This document shows, piece by piece, positions 38,624-51,060 of a stretch of 64,000 bases of DNA. This DNA is from Felis catus (Eukaryota): contig NC_058368.1 of assembly GCF_018350175.1 (NCBI RefSeq), positions 77,130,001 through 77,194,000 on the forward strand, read 5' to 3'. Within the stretch, counting starts at the first letter, position 1; every line of letters starts with the position of its first letter. Below the pieces are notes generated by a model, which was not told where the DNA came from, did not search any database, and was given only the letters and a program-made list of their open reading frames with translations. The translations under genes were made by a program, and so were the position numbers.

Positions 38624-39687
38624 GGTCTTCTTGCCATGAATTCCCGAGAATTTCATTGCTTACCTGCATCCTTGCTCAGGTCTGGGTGGATTTTTATTGC
38701 GGCTAATCCATCGGTTACCAGGGTGTAATGAAATATTCTGCACAAGGAAGGGATAGAGTATTTCTTTAAGCATTAGGAGACATGGACATGTCTTCTAACC
38801 ACATAGGATGTCTGGTTATTTTTGAAGATGCTATGGGAAAACCATGTTGGGAAAGTCGCTCTCTCTCACTTCAAGGGGTTCAGCACATTCAGTTAACACG
38901 GATGACACGTAAGTCTTGTGTGATGTATTCTGCTCCAGAAATACAATAATCGTTGAGGGAAATTCAGTTCACTGGGTTACAATACCTCCTGAAGTTTTGT
39001 CCCAAAGGGAAGACGGATATGCATTTGAAATCCTGTAATTATGGGATAGATGGCGAAATCCTGTAATTGTGGGATAGATGGAAGACTGACCAACAAAAGT
39101 AGCTCTGGGATGCTGATGTGAAATCATTAAACGACGGGTTTCGCATCCATAGGGAAGCAAGGTCTGTGGGCTTCCCCTTAGGCTTGGCACACAACGGGTA
39201 CTCACATTGGAAGAGCCAAGGAAGTTTGGGATAGTTCCTGCCGAATGACCCCCTCCACCCATTTTGCAACTGAAGAAAACAAATCAGGAAGAACAATTGT
39301 CATGAAATTCGGTGACAATCTGCTCGCCCGCCATCTTTAAATTTATTGCTTAAAAGGCGCAGATGTGTGAAGTGTGATTAGCTTTCCTCCAGTAACGCCA
39401 AGCTGCCTTTGCATCAGAGAGAACATTTATGAAAATCCCAGCTAGCTGTCTACCTTTTGAGGGGCTCATTTTCGGTTAAGACAATTTGGAGGAAATGTCA
39501 CAAATTTTCAATTTGTAAAGTAATACTCTCCCTTTTGAAGTATTTGTGATCTTCGGAAAATGGAATTTAACGTTTATGTGTTTATGTTTTGACCACTAGC
39601 TATCTCATCACTAGTGAAATACTGAAATCTGAAATTATAACTCATTGCCATATTATACACACACATATATGTTTAGGAATTGAAAGA

Positions 39688-40200
39688 ACTTTCAACAATA
39701 GCCAAATTATGGAAGGAGCCTAAATGTCCATCGACTGATGAATGGATAAAGAAATTGTGGCTTATATACACAATGGAACACTACTTGGCAATGAGAAAGA
39801 ATGAAATCTGGCCTTTTGTAGCAACGTGGATGGAACTGGAGAGTGTTATGCTAAGTGAAATAAGTCATACAGAGAAAGACAGATACCATATGTTTTCACT
39901 CTTATGTGGATCCTGAGAAACTTAACAGAAGACCATGGGGAAGGGGAAGGAAAAAAAAAAAGTTGGAGAGGGAAGGAGCCAAATCATAAGAGACTCTTAA
40001 AAACTGAGAATAAACTGAGGGTTGATGGGGGGTGGGAGGGAGGGGGGGTGGGTGATGGGTACTGAGGAGGGCACCTGTTGGGATGAGCACTGGCTGTTGT
40101 ATGGAAACCAATTTGACAACAAATTTCATATTAAAAAAAAAAAGAAAATTCTAAAACGGTAAATAAAATGTAAAATAAATAAAAAGTAAATTAAATAAAA
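39688..40200 (+). mobile_element. 5'-truncated feline L1 (L1_Fc-like): ORF2 C-terminus, 3' UTR, A-rich tail
   Basis: Uninterrupted LSTIAKLWKEPKCPSTDEWIKK…RYHMFSLLCGS* to 39916; G-rich 3' UTR tract; poly(A). Confidence 0.95.
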
Positions 40201-43094
40201 GGTCTTTTACTGTCCTGTTCCCTATTGCTATTGAAGAGAACCCAGCTTTAAAGCAGAATCACCTGCACTTTTTTGAGGTAAGTATATTTATTTTTAAAGC
40301 TTAGATTTCAATGGATCTACAGGTAATCTGACCCACATTGTAAAATGTGACAGTCACAGCACAACCATCAAAACACATTTGGGTCAAATTAGATTAAATT
40401 GCATTATCTGACTCTGTTGTCAATAAAAATACACTCCAAAATCTGTGCTCTCTGGTACAGTACAAGATCAAGCAATTTCAATGTTGGAGAGATGGAAAAG
40501 TTTTCAAATAAGAGGCTCTGGGTATCCTTGAAAAGATTTTTTTAAAAACCAAATTGCTTATTTTTAGTGCAAAGTTTATTTTTGATGAGTAAACTCGCCT
40601 CGAGTGCTAAAGGAAGGGGCCATCAAGGAAGCCGACAGGCTCCTGAAATTCACAAGGGGAAAACCTGAGCTCATTTATCTTCTCTTTCCTCCTATTAACA
40701 AAAGTAGCATTTTCTTAACTACCTTATTTTTGGCACACAAAGAATACTCAGTTTCTTTTCTTTTCATTCCGTTAGTTGACAGGACCGCCAGGTAAAAGAA
40801 ATGTTTTTAATAAAATATATTCCCTCACTCAGTGTGGACTGGAGGTAGCTGAGCAGGGATAAAGATGTTAGTGCTGGCTCCTCTGAGACATAGAAGATGT
40901 TCTCTTTAATCTATTTGATTGTCCCTGAATTGCTGATTGCTGCTCTTTTCTCTCCAAGGCACAAAAGGGGAGCTTAATATATTTATATATGTACACACGC
41001 AGAATATACAGCCTGTATTAGGCATGCTCATTTTCTTTCTTTTTCACCTCTCTCGGTGTCTGCCTTTCTTCTCACTGTGAGCTGAAAAATGGAAGCAATT
41101 TGCTGGAGCCATTCCTAAAGTTCTTCTAGCCAGCATCCTGAGCTGTATAATTGCCGTGATATTTCACCCACACCAGCTGAGATGAGTGAAAACTGTGAGT
41201 GGCCTGTGTGGGGGTGCCGATGTGCTGATGTGTCATGGGCAGCAACCCATAAACATTTGTGTCCCGTTTCTCCTTGTTACACAGAGGAGCCGCCCCTGCG
41301 GCCGTGCAGGGGTCCGTGGGTTTGGGCACGTGATCCCCCGTTTGCTCGGAGACCTGAGACGTTAGTGGTCATCGCTGGAATCGCTCTTCGGACAAAGCGA
41401 GCACCTTGGGTAGTGATCTACACATCCGTGTAGAAACCCGCACTCTGTGCAAAGATACCTGGTTCCTGTTATAAAAATTAGGCGTCCAAACAAACCATCA
41501 GCTTTAGGATAACAAGTTTATCCGTGGGTGTTTTTTTTTTTTTTTTAATGTTATAGTTAAAGCCCTGTCTTTGAGCAGTTTCTGATCTGATGGTTACATG
41601 GAAATTCCAGGCTTTCTCACGCTTGCCCAGACCCGGGGCCACTCAGTATCTCTCATTACATGCCCTTCCCCGAGACAGATTTCTTTCCTTCCACCTTCCA
41701 GACAGACAATTCCCTTTGCTGGTTAATTACTATGCTGACGACATCCCCCCAAATGTATTGCGCTTCATGGATCAACACTGTCCCATTGTCCCTCTATTGT
41801 ACGTAAATGTTTTCATCAGAAGAGATCGGATCACCTCTCCATCATTTAGTGTTCATTTTACGTGAGAGCTGGACTCAAAGGCAGCAGCATTTCTCAGTAG
41901 CCCCCCACTTCAATCATTCCCCAAAACTCCCTTTCTGGCTTCCGGCATCTTGTTATACGTCACGTTTCTCGGGCTCAAGACAGTTCTGGATGCATTCGCC
42001 CATGGCTGCATGTTGCATATGCTTTGGCCGCACAGCGATGACCTGACAGTTATCGTAAAAACGCGAAGCCCCAGGCTCACCTGCGCTTTCAAGCCATTTT
42101 CACTACTTCAATGTCACATAGTTTCACTCATTCATCTGCTCCATGACAGGCACCTTGGGGGGGATAAAGAGGACACGACAGAGACGAGTGCGATATGGCT
42201 CCTGCTTCAAGGAGCTCCGAGTCTGAAAATGGACAAAGAGATACAACCATCCCCTGGCGGCTTGTCGGATAGGAAGCTTCTCGACCTGCGAGGAGCTCAT
42301 CCGGCAGCCCTAGGCTTGAGGGAGTACTCCAGTGCTCCCAGCCTGCACGTGCCCTCACAACACGTGTCCTTCCTGTGCTCGTCTGCAGACCCGACACTCA
42401 GGGCTCAGGTGTTAGTGGAAACCCTGATGTAACAGACTCAGCACAACTAAGACATTTCTTTCTGCTTCCAAATGTGGGGGCCTCCCCCCCCCCACCCCGG
42501 GGGGACTCAGGCGTGATCGTCCGCAACGAGCCGAAGATGAAAAGGCCAGCTCACCTGCAGGAGACACCTATGTGTTCGTGCGCTTCCAGCCGCGCTCCGA
42601 TGGGGAATACAGCGATCAAAATACCCGTAAGAGATGGAAGAGAGTATAGAAGCATATATAAACGCACATTTTTATAATGTGCGTGGGATAAAAAAGATGT
42701 GATGTGACAGGAATTATTTTACGTGTCTCTTTTATAATGCAGATAACACTACAGAGGGCGCAAGCTCCCATGCATAAAGGTATTTATCCTGTGAATAGCA
42801 CCTATCATTTAATTTACTAAGGTTAGCTCTTTGTTTCAAGGCGGGTTTCATTCACATCAGGTTTCGACAATTGTATTTTCTATTTGTCTTTCATTTCATT
42901 TTATCAGGGAAGTTTAGCTCTAGGGTGAACTTGTAAACCTACCGCTGCATTTCTCAATCTCTAGTCAAAAAAGCGGAGACTGTTGCCAAAACAAAGCCAA
43001 AAGGTTCCCTGCCTCCTGCGAAGTAGTGGGGGGAGCGTGTGGACGTAGATTAGATACAATAGAACGCAACAGTATGTGCACGGGCTTGAGGAAA

Positions 43095-43270
43095 AACGCA
43101 TTATGACCCCAAGCTGGCTTCGTCCATTTCCTGGCTGTGTGGTCTGAGGTGGTTCACTAACCACTCTGGTTTTCAGTTTCTTCATCCCTACAGGAGTACA
43201 GTCATGCCTACTCCATGGATTCACTGCGAGGATTAAATTAGATATTATATACAAAACGCACGCAGCAGAT
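43095..43270 (+). mobile_element. MIR
   Basis: CTGGCTGTGTGGTCT…TCAGTTTCTTCATC…GAGGATTAAATTAGATA. Confidence 0.75.
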
Positions 43271-43319
43271 CGTTATACTATACACACTTATCTGACTCAT
43301 TCTTAAAAATGCAATCGAT

Positions 43320-43586
43320 GGGGCGCCTGGGTGGCTCAGTCGGTTGAGCCTCCGACTTCAGCTCAGGTCATGATCTCGCGGTCTGTGAGTTCGAGCCCCG
43401 CGTCGGGCTCTGTGCTGACAACTCAGAGCCTGGAGCCTGCTTCGGATTCTGTGTCTCCCTCTCTCTCTGGCCCTCCCCCATTCATTCTCTCTCTCTCTCT
43501 CTCTCTCTGCCCCTCCCCCGTTCATGTTCTCTCTCTCTCTCTCTCTCTCTGTCAAAAATAAATACACATTAAAAAAAATTTTTTGT
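43320..43586 (+). mobile_element. CAN-SINE with duplicated (CT)n-GCCCCTCCCCC module
   Basis: TSD AATGCAATCGAT at 43308-43319 and 43587-43598. Confidence 0.96.
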
Positions 43587-43922
43587 AATGCAATCGATAA
43601 CTAGAAATGTTACAACATTTTCAAGGCTTAGAGTGCTTCCTAAAGCAGATTTTTCTCCTGAAAGGTTGTATTCCCAAAGAGCGATGTGCCCGGTTTTTCC
43701 ACCTGCCCAGCAACACTGGGTACTGTCACATTCGCTAAGCAACTAGGTTGAAAACATATACATTTTCAAGTGCTGTATTTTGAGTTCTATTGATTATCCG
43801 TAGGTTGAACATTTTAATAAAACAAAACAGATTTATGGTCGTTTGAATTCTTTCACAACTTACCATTTTGGTTTCTCCCCATTACTCTATTATGGTATTC
43901 ATCATTTTTGTTAAATATGAAT

Positions 43923-44096
43923 TAAAAAAAAAAGGGAGAGCAGGGGAGAAGGGCAGAAGGAGAGACAGAACGGATCCCAAGCCGACTCCACACTCAGCAC
44001 GGAGCCCAGCACAAGGCTTGATCCCACAACCCCGGGATCGGTAGCTGAATCAAGTCAAGAATCAGACACTCAAGAGACTGAGCCATCCAGGTGCCC
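43923..44096 (-). mobile_element. Old CAN-SINE
   Basis: Diverged reverse body ending GAGCCATCCAGGTGCCC. Confidence 0.85.
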
Positions 44097-44114
44097 TGAA
44101 AGATAAATTTTTAT

Positions 44115-44336
44115 TATTAAAAAAATTTTTTTAAGTTCACTTATTAATTTTGAAAGAAAGAAAGAGAGTGTGCAGGGGAGGGGCAGAAAGAGAGAGAGGG
44201 AGAGAGAGAATCCCAAGCAAGTTCCACACTGTCAGCACAGAGCCCGACAAGGGGTTCGAACTCACCAACCGTGAGATTGTGACCTGAGCTGAAATCAAGA
44301 ATCAGAGCTTAACTGACTGAGCCACCCAGCTGTCCC
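44115..44336 (-). mobile_element. CAN-SINE
   Basis: Reverse body; TSD-like AAAGAT(A/G)AATTTTT. Confidence 0.93.
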
Positions 44337-45459
44337 TTAAAGATGAATTTTTTAAAACATTTTTTATGCATTAGAAGCATTAAGCCTTTGACTGTCTTCT
44401 ATATTGTGAAAACACTTCCAATGTTGTTATTGTTGTTTGTATTCATAGTTTTTAATAACTCTGTTTTTCCCTCACCAGAAGTTTTTAGGTTTTATGAAGA
44501 CAAGTATGTTTGGCCTTTCTTCATGGCTTCCTTTCCCTAAAATTATAAGACCTCTCTCACCACAAGATTTTATAAGAGATTTTCCGGTGTTTTGTTGGCA
44601 AAACATCTGGTTACTTTCAGGCTCTGCTCTCCCTGCCTTGTTTTGACTTCTGGAATGTTCCACACTGACCAAGCCTTCTTCTTTTTAATCTCAGATGCCA
44701 AGTATCTCTTAGACATTCTTCAAACTCTCCGCCCCATCGGTGGACCTCTTCTCTGAGAGGGCTGCAGATTTGTTTTCTTTCTTATTTTTCTACGTCTTCT
44801 ATCATTACCATGGGATTTGAAGAAAGATTTGGGCCTAACCAAAGGCTCAGCCTGCCATCTGATAAGCAGAGGCCAGCGCTCCTTAAATAATAGGTATTTA
44901 AAAATGCTTGTTGAGTACGAATATGGACACATGTGGGAGTTGTGGATTTTCTGTGCGCTCCAAAGGAATTAAATAAATTCATTTCTTTCCGTCTGGAGCT
45001 TTGGAATGGCTTAATGGAGCCTTACAAATCTGGACTCTTCTTTAAAAATAAAATGTAATAAACACTGGGAAGATGAGGACAATATTACCGGTTTTCAGCT
45101 GGAAAATAGAAACTCCCATTTAGTACTTAAAATAGTGGTTGTATCTTGTTTTGTTTTGTTTTGTTTACGAAGTGCGCCAGTTCCGTCCTAGGGTCCCTGC
45201 TAAAAGCAGTTACCGCCTACCCGCCTGCTACTGTCACAGGCTTTCACTATTAGCTGGCTTAGCCACTCTGCAGCTCAAAGTCAGAGCCTATAGACCAAGC
45301 TGAGTAACCTCTGCTTTTCCTCTCGTCGCCGATGACGGCACGCACCCGGTCCACCCTTCAGGGGTCTCCTTCTGCTCTTAGCCTGATGTAGAATCCCTAG
45401 ACTTGGCTTGAGGGAGCCCCTGGGAGGCGGTTCCCGCCTGCTGCTTCTGGTTTTCAAAG

Positions 45460-45805
45460 CTCCCCACGCACTGACCTTCTTTCAGTTCTTCTGATTCCTC
45501 CTGCCTCCAAACCTTCAAGCCCGGGGTTCCCTGCACCTGCGGCATTTTCTCCCCCGTGTTGAGCTTCACGTAGACACCACCACCCACGTCACAGGGAGCT
45601 CCCCAGGTAGCCCGGCCACATGCTCCCTGGCCCTGCCAGACAGCTTCTCCCTCCCTGTCCTGCAGTTTCCTTCCTGCCCCCTTAGCAGTTCTCAAGAACG
45701 CGCCCCCTGGTGGCAGAAACCATCCAATGCCATCTTTTTGGTCCCTCAAAACACCGCGCCTACTGGGTCAAGGAAAGACACGAAACGTTGTTTGAATGAG
45801 TGAGA
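45460..45805 (+). mobile_element. L2 3' fragment
   Basis: CACTGACCTTCTTTCAGTTC… ending TTGTTTGAATGAGTGA. Confidence 0.6.
45698..45716 (-). promoter_or_regulatory. Predicted CTCF binding site
   Basis: Minus strand CTGCCACCAGGGGGCGCGT contains the exact core CCACCAGGGGGCGC. Confidence 0.75.
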
Positions 45806-46137
45806 GTAACTTAGCGGTCAGGAGGCTGTCTGTGAGTCCTCGTGTGTGCATTGCACTTGAGTGTGGAACGCAAGCATGGTAGTGACCAGATGCCTGCTTA
45901 CCCACCAACCCACCCTGGCCAGCCAGGCCTCGTGTGTGGCTCAGTAGCCGTCAGGAAATGCTGTGGTCCCCGTGCGCGTTTCTGTCCAGGAAGACTGGCG
46001 TTGTAATGGTCCTTATGTCCCACCTCACGAAAATGAAAGCAATGTGAAGTTGACATTTACCCCTTGAATCTGTGCCCTTGTTTTCCCCATCTTTACATCT
46101 TCCCTTTAGGGTGAGTAATGTGTTTAGAACCCCTAAA

Positions 46138-46345
46138 GGGGGCTGGGGGGCTCAGCCGGTTCAGCGTCTGACTCTTGGTTTCAGCTCAGCTCAGGGATCC
46201 CAGGGTTTGTGAGTTCAAGCCCTGCGTCGGGCTCCACGCTGACAGTGGGGAACCAGCTGGGGACTCTCTCTCTCCCCCTCTCTCTCTGCCCCTCCCTTGC
46301 TTGTGTTGTTTCTCTCTCTCTCAAAATAAATAAACTAAAAAAAAA
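46138..46345 (+). mobile_element. CAN-SINE
   Basis: Diverged head, (CT)n, AATAAA. Confidence 0.9.
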
Positions 46346-46658
46346 CAAACCAACCTGAAGACACTCGTTCCTTTAGTGACTAACTTCTGTATAAAGCCTT
46401 CAAACCTACAGATGGCAGGTCTGGCAACGCTCCTGTCTGTGCCCAGTGACACCGGGATGCGACCTCACTTCCTTCTGTGTAAATGCGAACATTTCAGGAG
46501 GTAAGCGCGAGATGTGGACCAACCCCCCAGAGAGGAGCTGTCGTCACGCGCTTTCTTCCTCACGTCTGCACAAGTATTGGAGGCGTCGAAGTTTCCCACC
46601 TCGTTCTCATTCTCTCTCTTTTTAAAATAGGGTGTTGCAGCCATTGGATGGATAATTC

Positions 46659-46813
46659 TAGTGGTGTGCTGGAGTCTGCTCAGACCTGCCCAAGAGCTAA
46701 TTTGTTAGGTATTTAGGCACTTGAGGGCCACCATGTTGGTAGCAAACCATGCTCGACTAACCTCGTGCCCCCCTTTGGACAGACAGTTACTGGGCCTTTA
46801 CCAGCATACCATG
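46659..46813 (+). mobile_element. MER63A-like hAT MITE
   Basis: Ends AGTGGTGTGCTGGAG … TTTACCAGCATACCA form terminal inverted repeats. Confidence 0.75.
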
Positions 46814-47056
46814 AAGGATGCGTGAAAGGCCTGTCCTCTGCCGAGGGATATATGCCCTTCTACGCCGTGTTTCCAGAAAGCCACACCAGCATGTGCATAC
46901 TTTCTTTGCCCAAATGTACGCTGTTCCAGGTAAATATTTGCATCTCAATGGTGTCTTTCCCTGGTGACCTGGGAACCTAACTTATTTCTTTAACATGTAT
47001 CTCTGATACCCTGAAGAATCATAATTAACCTGATTCTTATTAAAAGTGAGTAAAGA

Positions 47057-47250
47057 GAGGCTCCTGGATGTCTCAGTCAGGTAAGCATCTGACATCGGCT
47101 CAGGTCACGATCTCGCGGTTTGTGGATTCTGTGCTGACAGCTCAGAGCCTGGAGCCCGCTTCGGATTCTGTGTCTCCCTCTCTCTCTGCCCCTCCCCCGC
47201 TCACACTCCGTCTCTCTGAAAAATAAACAAACATTAAAGAATTGTTTTTT
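47057..47250 (+). mobile_element. CAN-SINE lacking the B-box segment
   Basis: GCGGTTTGTG joins directly to GATTCTGTGCTGACAG; GAGTAAAGA on both flanks. Confidence 0.92.
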
Positions 47251-47294
47251 AAAATACGAGTAAAGAAACCTGGGGGAAGCTTCAGAAGGTCCTT

Positions 47295-47560
47295 GGAGCT
47301 GCCTGGCTTCAGTCCTGATTCTGGGTCTGGCATCTCCCAGGTGTGTGTATGGCCAGGACCAAGTGACCTAACCTCCTTGTGCCATACTTACCTCATCTGC
47401 AAAATGAGCATAGCATTGCTTATCTTTCTGGACTTTGCAAAGATAAAATGAACTTATATACGCACGTGTATACGTATACCTTATACATCCGTGGATACGA
47501 TTGCACGTATTCAATTAGAACAGCGTGTTCCACATAGTGATCAATAAAAAATTAATTAGT
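47295..47560 (+). mobile_element. MIR
   Basis: CAAGTGACCTAACCTC…CCTCATCTGCAAAATGAG…TCAATAAA. Confidence 0.75.
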
Positions 47561-49582
47561 ATTATTCCTTCTGTCTTGAGATAACCCCAGACTCACGGAA
47601 AAGTCACAAAGACAGCATAGAGAATGCCTATGTTGTGTTTCTGTCAACCTTTCTCAAGTGAACACGCCTGGGAACTATGGCAACCTTACTGGAACTGGGA
47701 AACAAACGTTGCTATGAACTGACCTGTGGACCTTCTGGCCTTTTCCCTACTCCGGTCCTTCTGTGCTTCAGAATTGAGCCCGTTGCACGTCTGTTTCGTG
47801 TGCTCTGGTGTGTTACACACCAGGGCTCGGAGGGGCAGGGAGTAACTGACTGGCTTCGCTAAGACGCAACGTGAGGCTTGGGTTAAAACACAAGCGAGAG
47901 AGGGCAGAGGACACCTCCCGTGTGCATGGAAAATGGGTTTCCTGGGGCCTGCAAACGTGTATCCACAAAGGCATAGATAGTAGTATCAGCGAGAGCCGAT
48001 CAGAGATGGGGCGGAAGGTGTGGGTGCCTGGACAGCTTGGTGAGCGGCACCGTCTTTCCCAAATAGCCATGGCAGAGTGCCTTGCGGGCTGGGGTTGTCA
48101 GCATCTAGGAGCCAAGGGGAAGGCTTGTATCCTTTCTTCCTCCGGGAGGCAATTGGGTATATTGCCTCCACACCGTGGGCAAGTTGGCCTTCTCCAGCGT
48201 TCCGTGACTGCGCAAACCTGCTTGTCAAGTAAGCCCTTTGACTCCCTGGGCACAATGCACAAAAGTTAAGTCGCCAGTGGAACCTTTAGTGAGTGTTTTC
48301 TAAACTCCGCGTGTGACTACATAGGACAGTGGTGTGCCCATTGGGGGCAATAGAATGTGTAACATGTATTATTAAGGAGGAAAAAAAATACTTACCTTTG
48401 TATCGATTTTTTGCTTATAATTTCTTTTCAACGTAACCGAAATCCATCTGGCTCTGCTTCGACTTTCTAGTTCCTTGGAAATAAACCAACATGGCAGGGG
48501 CTCAGTCAGTGGCCCTGTGATTCACTATTCCAATGGTTTGGCGATTTCCGTGGTCTCTCCCCCCCAGCAATTAGGTAAGTAAAAAACACTCCCATTTAAA
48601 TGCTGGTGGACAGAGTCATACACACTAGCTTCTGGACACCACAATAATTAAGATACCATCTGTGTGTCTGTGCGATTTGCACCCAGAAAAGCCTGGAATT
48701 ATCTGCTCTTCTGTTTAACAGAAAGAACGGGTTGGACAAATTGATGCCAAAAGTAAACACCGATGTTTCAAACGAACAAAATATTTTGGTAAAAGAGGAG
48801 CCATCCTATGTCCGGTTCAACATGAACTGATACCCTCTGCACGCTTTCAAGGTGGAGGGCAGGGGTCTGTTTCGGTTAGGTTGTCTGCAGAACATTCCAA
48901 GAAACACGGGAACTTGCGATCTTTGGTTTCTTTTCTACCTCCAAATTTCCCATCCCTTCCAGGACCCCCTCCATCACTAATCAGAACAAGGATCCTGTTT
49001 TTGTCTCGCCTGCAACCTTCCCCTTACAAGCTCACCAATTAAAAGTGAAAAATCGTGCCTCGGCTGTGAGAAGGTACCAGCTTCTAAAGAAGATAAACTG
49101 GACCAAGGGGCCCCCTTTGTTTCGTTTTCTTTTCCCTGGCAAAGCTACCTTTAAGGTTGCAAGAACATAGCGTGCAATTATTCTAAAACGATATGCTTTG
49201 GGATGTTTAATTCATTTTAATCTTCCGTGCATTATGAGAGCTATACTTCTTTTTAAGGCTTTCAGACTACCGGCTTAATTTTCATATTGATTCATTCGGG
49301 GACAAAACAAAACTTTGTATAAACCGAATGGAAAATGACTCTTTTGTGGTGAAAAAAAAATCTGTGCTTGCATTTAATTATAATGCATGGAAGTGTTCCT
49401 TCCTAATTAAACATTTAAATGAAGAGGGAGTATAAATAGAAATTTTAAAAAGCGAGTGAGCGCGACATAGTTCATCCATCCCAAGTTGAAGGTCCTCATC
49501 AGATCTTGTTATTTGTTTATTTATTTATTTATTTAACCATACTCAGAGCTGATGTGATTGTCCGGGGTTTTAAAAGCGCGTC

Positions 49583-49798
49583 GGGGCGCCTGGGTGGCGC
49601 AGTCGGTTGAGCGTCCGACTTCAGCCAGGTCACGGATCTCGCGGTCTGGGAGTTCGAGCCCCGCGTCAGGCTCTGGGCTGATGGCTCAGAGCCTGGAGCC
49701 TGTTTCCAATTCTGTGTCTCCCTCTCTCTCTGCCCCTCCCCCGTTCATGCTCTGTCTCTCTCTGTCCCAAAAATAAATAAACGTTGAAAAAAAAAAAA
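49583..49798 (+). mobile_element. Young CAN-SINE (SINEC_Fc type)
   Basis: TSD TTTTAAAAGCGCGTC at 49568-49582 and 49799-49813, both CpGs intact in both copies. Confidence 0.97.
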
Positions 49799-50717
49799 TT
49801 TTAAAAGCGCGTCTGCCCATTTTCCGGGGGTGGGATTTTTCAGCGCATATGATAATTACTACATTAACAATATTCCTCACTGACACAGGCTTATCAGGGT
49901 GGAGCCTCAAAGTGCTTTATTATCTAATTAAACCTCACAACATGCTGCAATTTCATTAATACATGAAGTGAAACACAGTCGAGTGCTTGCCTTTATTGTG
50001 TAAGGTGGAAAAAGGGATGAGAATATAAATTTGAGTTTGGAAATAAGAACACAGTTCAGCCACCAGAGCAGCCTCTCATCTTAGGAAACGTGTAGTTCCG
50101 TTTATTAGAAAACGGGGGCAAAACGTAAAAGTCTGTTCGCGTAGAAACGCTCATTTTTCACATTTGTGGAATGAAAGGTAACAGCCTTATCTTATTGAGT
50201 CGTCTTGTAGTTCCTGTGCTATGAGGTCTTATTTTTCTCTGTCATTTTATTCGACTTCTATTCCCAAGCACACCTTCTTGAGCCAGAGAGTGATTCTCTG
50301 CCTCTGGGTATCAGAGCGATATTTGCTCTGCTGCAGGAGAGGACATCCACATCGTTTCATTTCTAGCAAAGTCCTTGAATGTGGGAAACTCGGAGGGTTT
50401 GAGTGATCTCAGCATGCTGTTTCATTTTCATCCCTCGATCTGCTTGGTACTGAGCATGTGGCGGGTATTGAACAGATATTTACTTAAGGAAGCAAAAAGC
50501 CCTCCCCAGAAGCATTTGGGGGATGTAGGAGAGTGTGTGACATACCAAACAGAGGCTCCTTGTCCGTTACGCCTCTCACCGTCCATGGCTAAGAATTTGA
50601 TAGAAAATCTGCATTAGAACAGTAATACGGAAATATAAGCTGCAGAAACATGTCCAGAGCCGACGGAGCCCAGTAAGGTCCAGAAAACTTGCATGTACGT
50701 ATGAGAACTGAGTGGAC

Positions 50718-51060
50718 GCATCAGTCAGCCTCCGTTGTTTAGTAACATCTCAGAGCTTAGGATCATAAGCATTTTTTATTGCTCGTGAATCTGCGAGCCG
50801 ACCTTGTCGAAGGTTGGCTGGCCATAAGCCCTTACAAAACAGCCCAGGCTGAGGAACGTGGGCTCTTCTCCACATGGTCTCTCGGGTCCTGACAGGCTAA
50901 CCCAGGCATGTTGAAAGAGAGAGAGCAGAAGCTGGCACACCATCACTTCGGCTTCCTTCCTCTGGCCAGAGCCACAAGGCCAGCCCAGAAGAACAGTGGA
51001 CAAAGTGCAGTTGCTGATGGGGGGTACAGGATATGGATGCAGGGAAACCATTAATTACGG
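50718..51060 (-). mobile_element. Old MLT1 (H/I/J-like) LTR
   Basis: AAGCATTTTTATTGCTCGTGAATCTGC…CTCCACATGGTCTCTC…GAAGCTGGCACACCATCACTTC…CACAAGGCCAGCCCAGA. Confidence 0.7.

Noticed and set aside
39680..39916. Clean 78-aa ORF as a host gene
   Set aside because: It is the L1 ORF2 C-terminus of a truncated insertion.
40237..40283. Plus-strand GAG|GTAAGT donor with a possible 41-nt exon
   Set aside because: Weak acceptor, not frame-preserving, frequency consistent with chance.
41950..42432. 160-aa ORF
   Set aside because: No recognisable protein; length within chance expectation.
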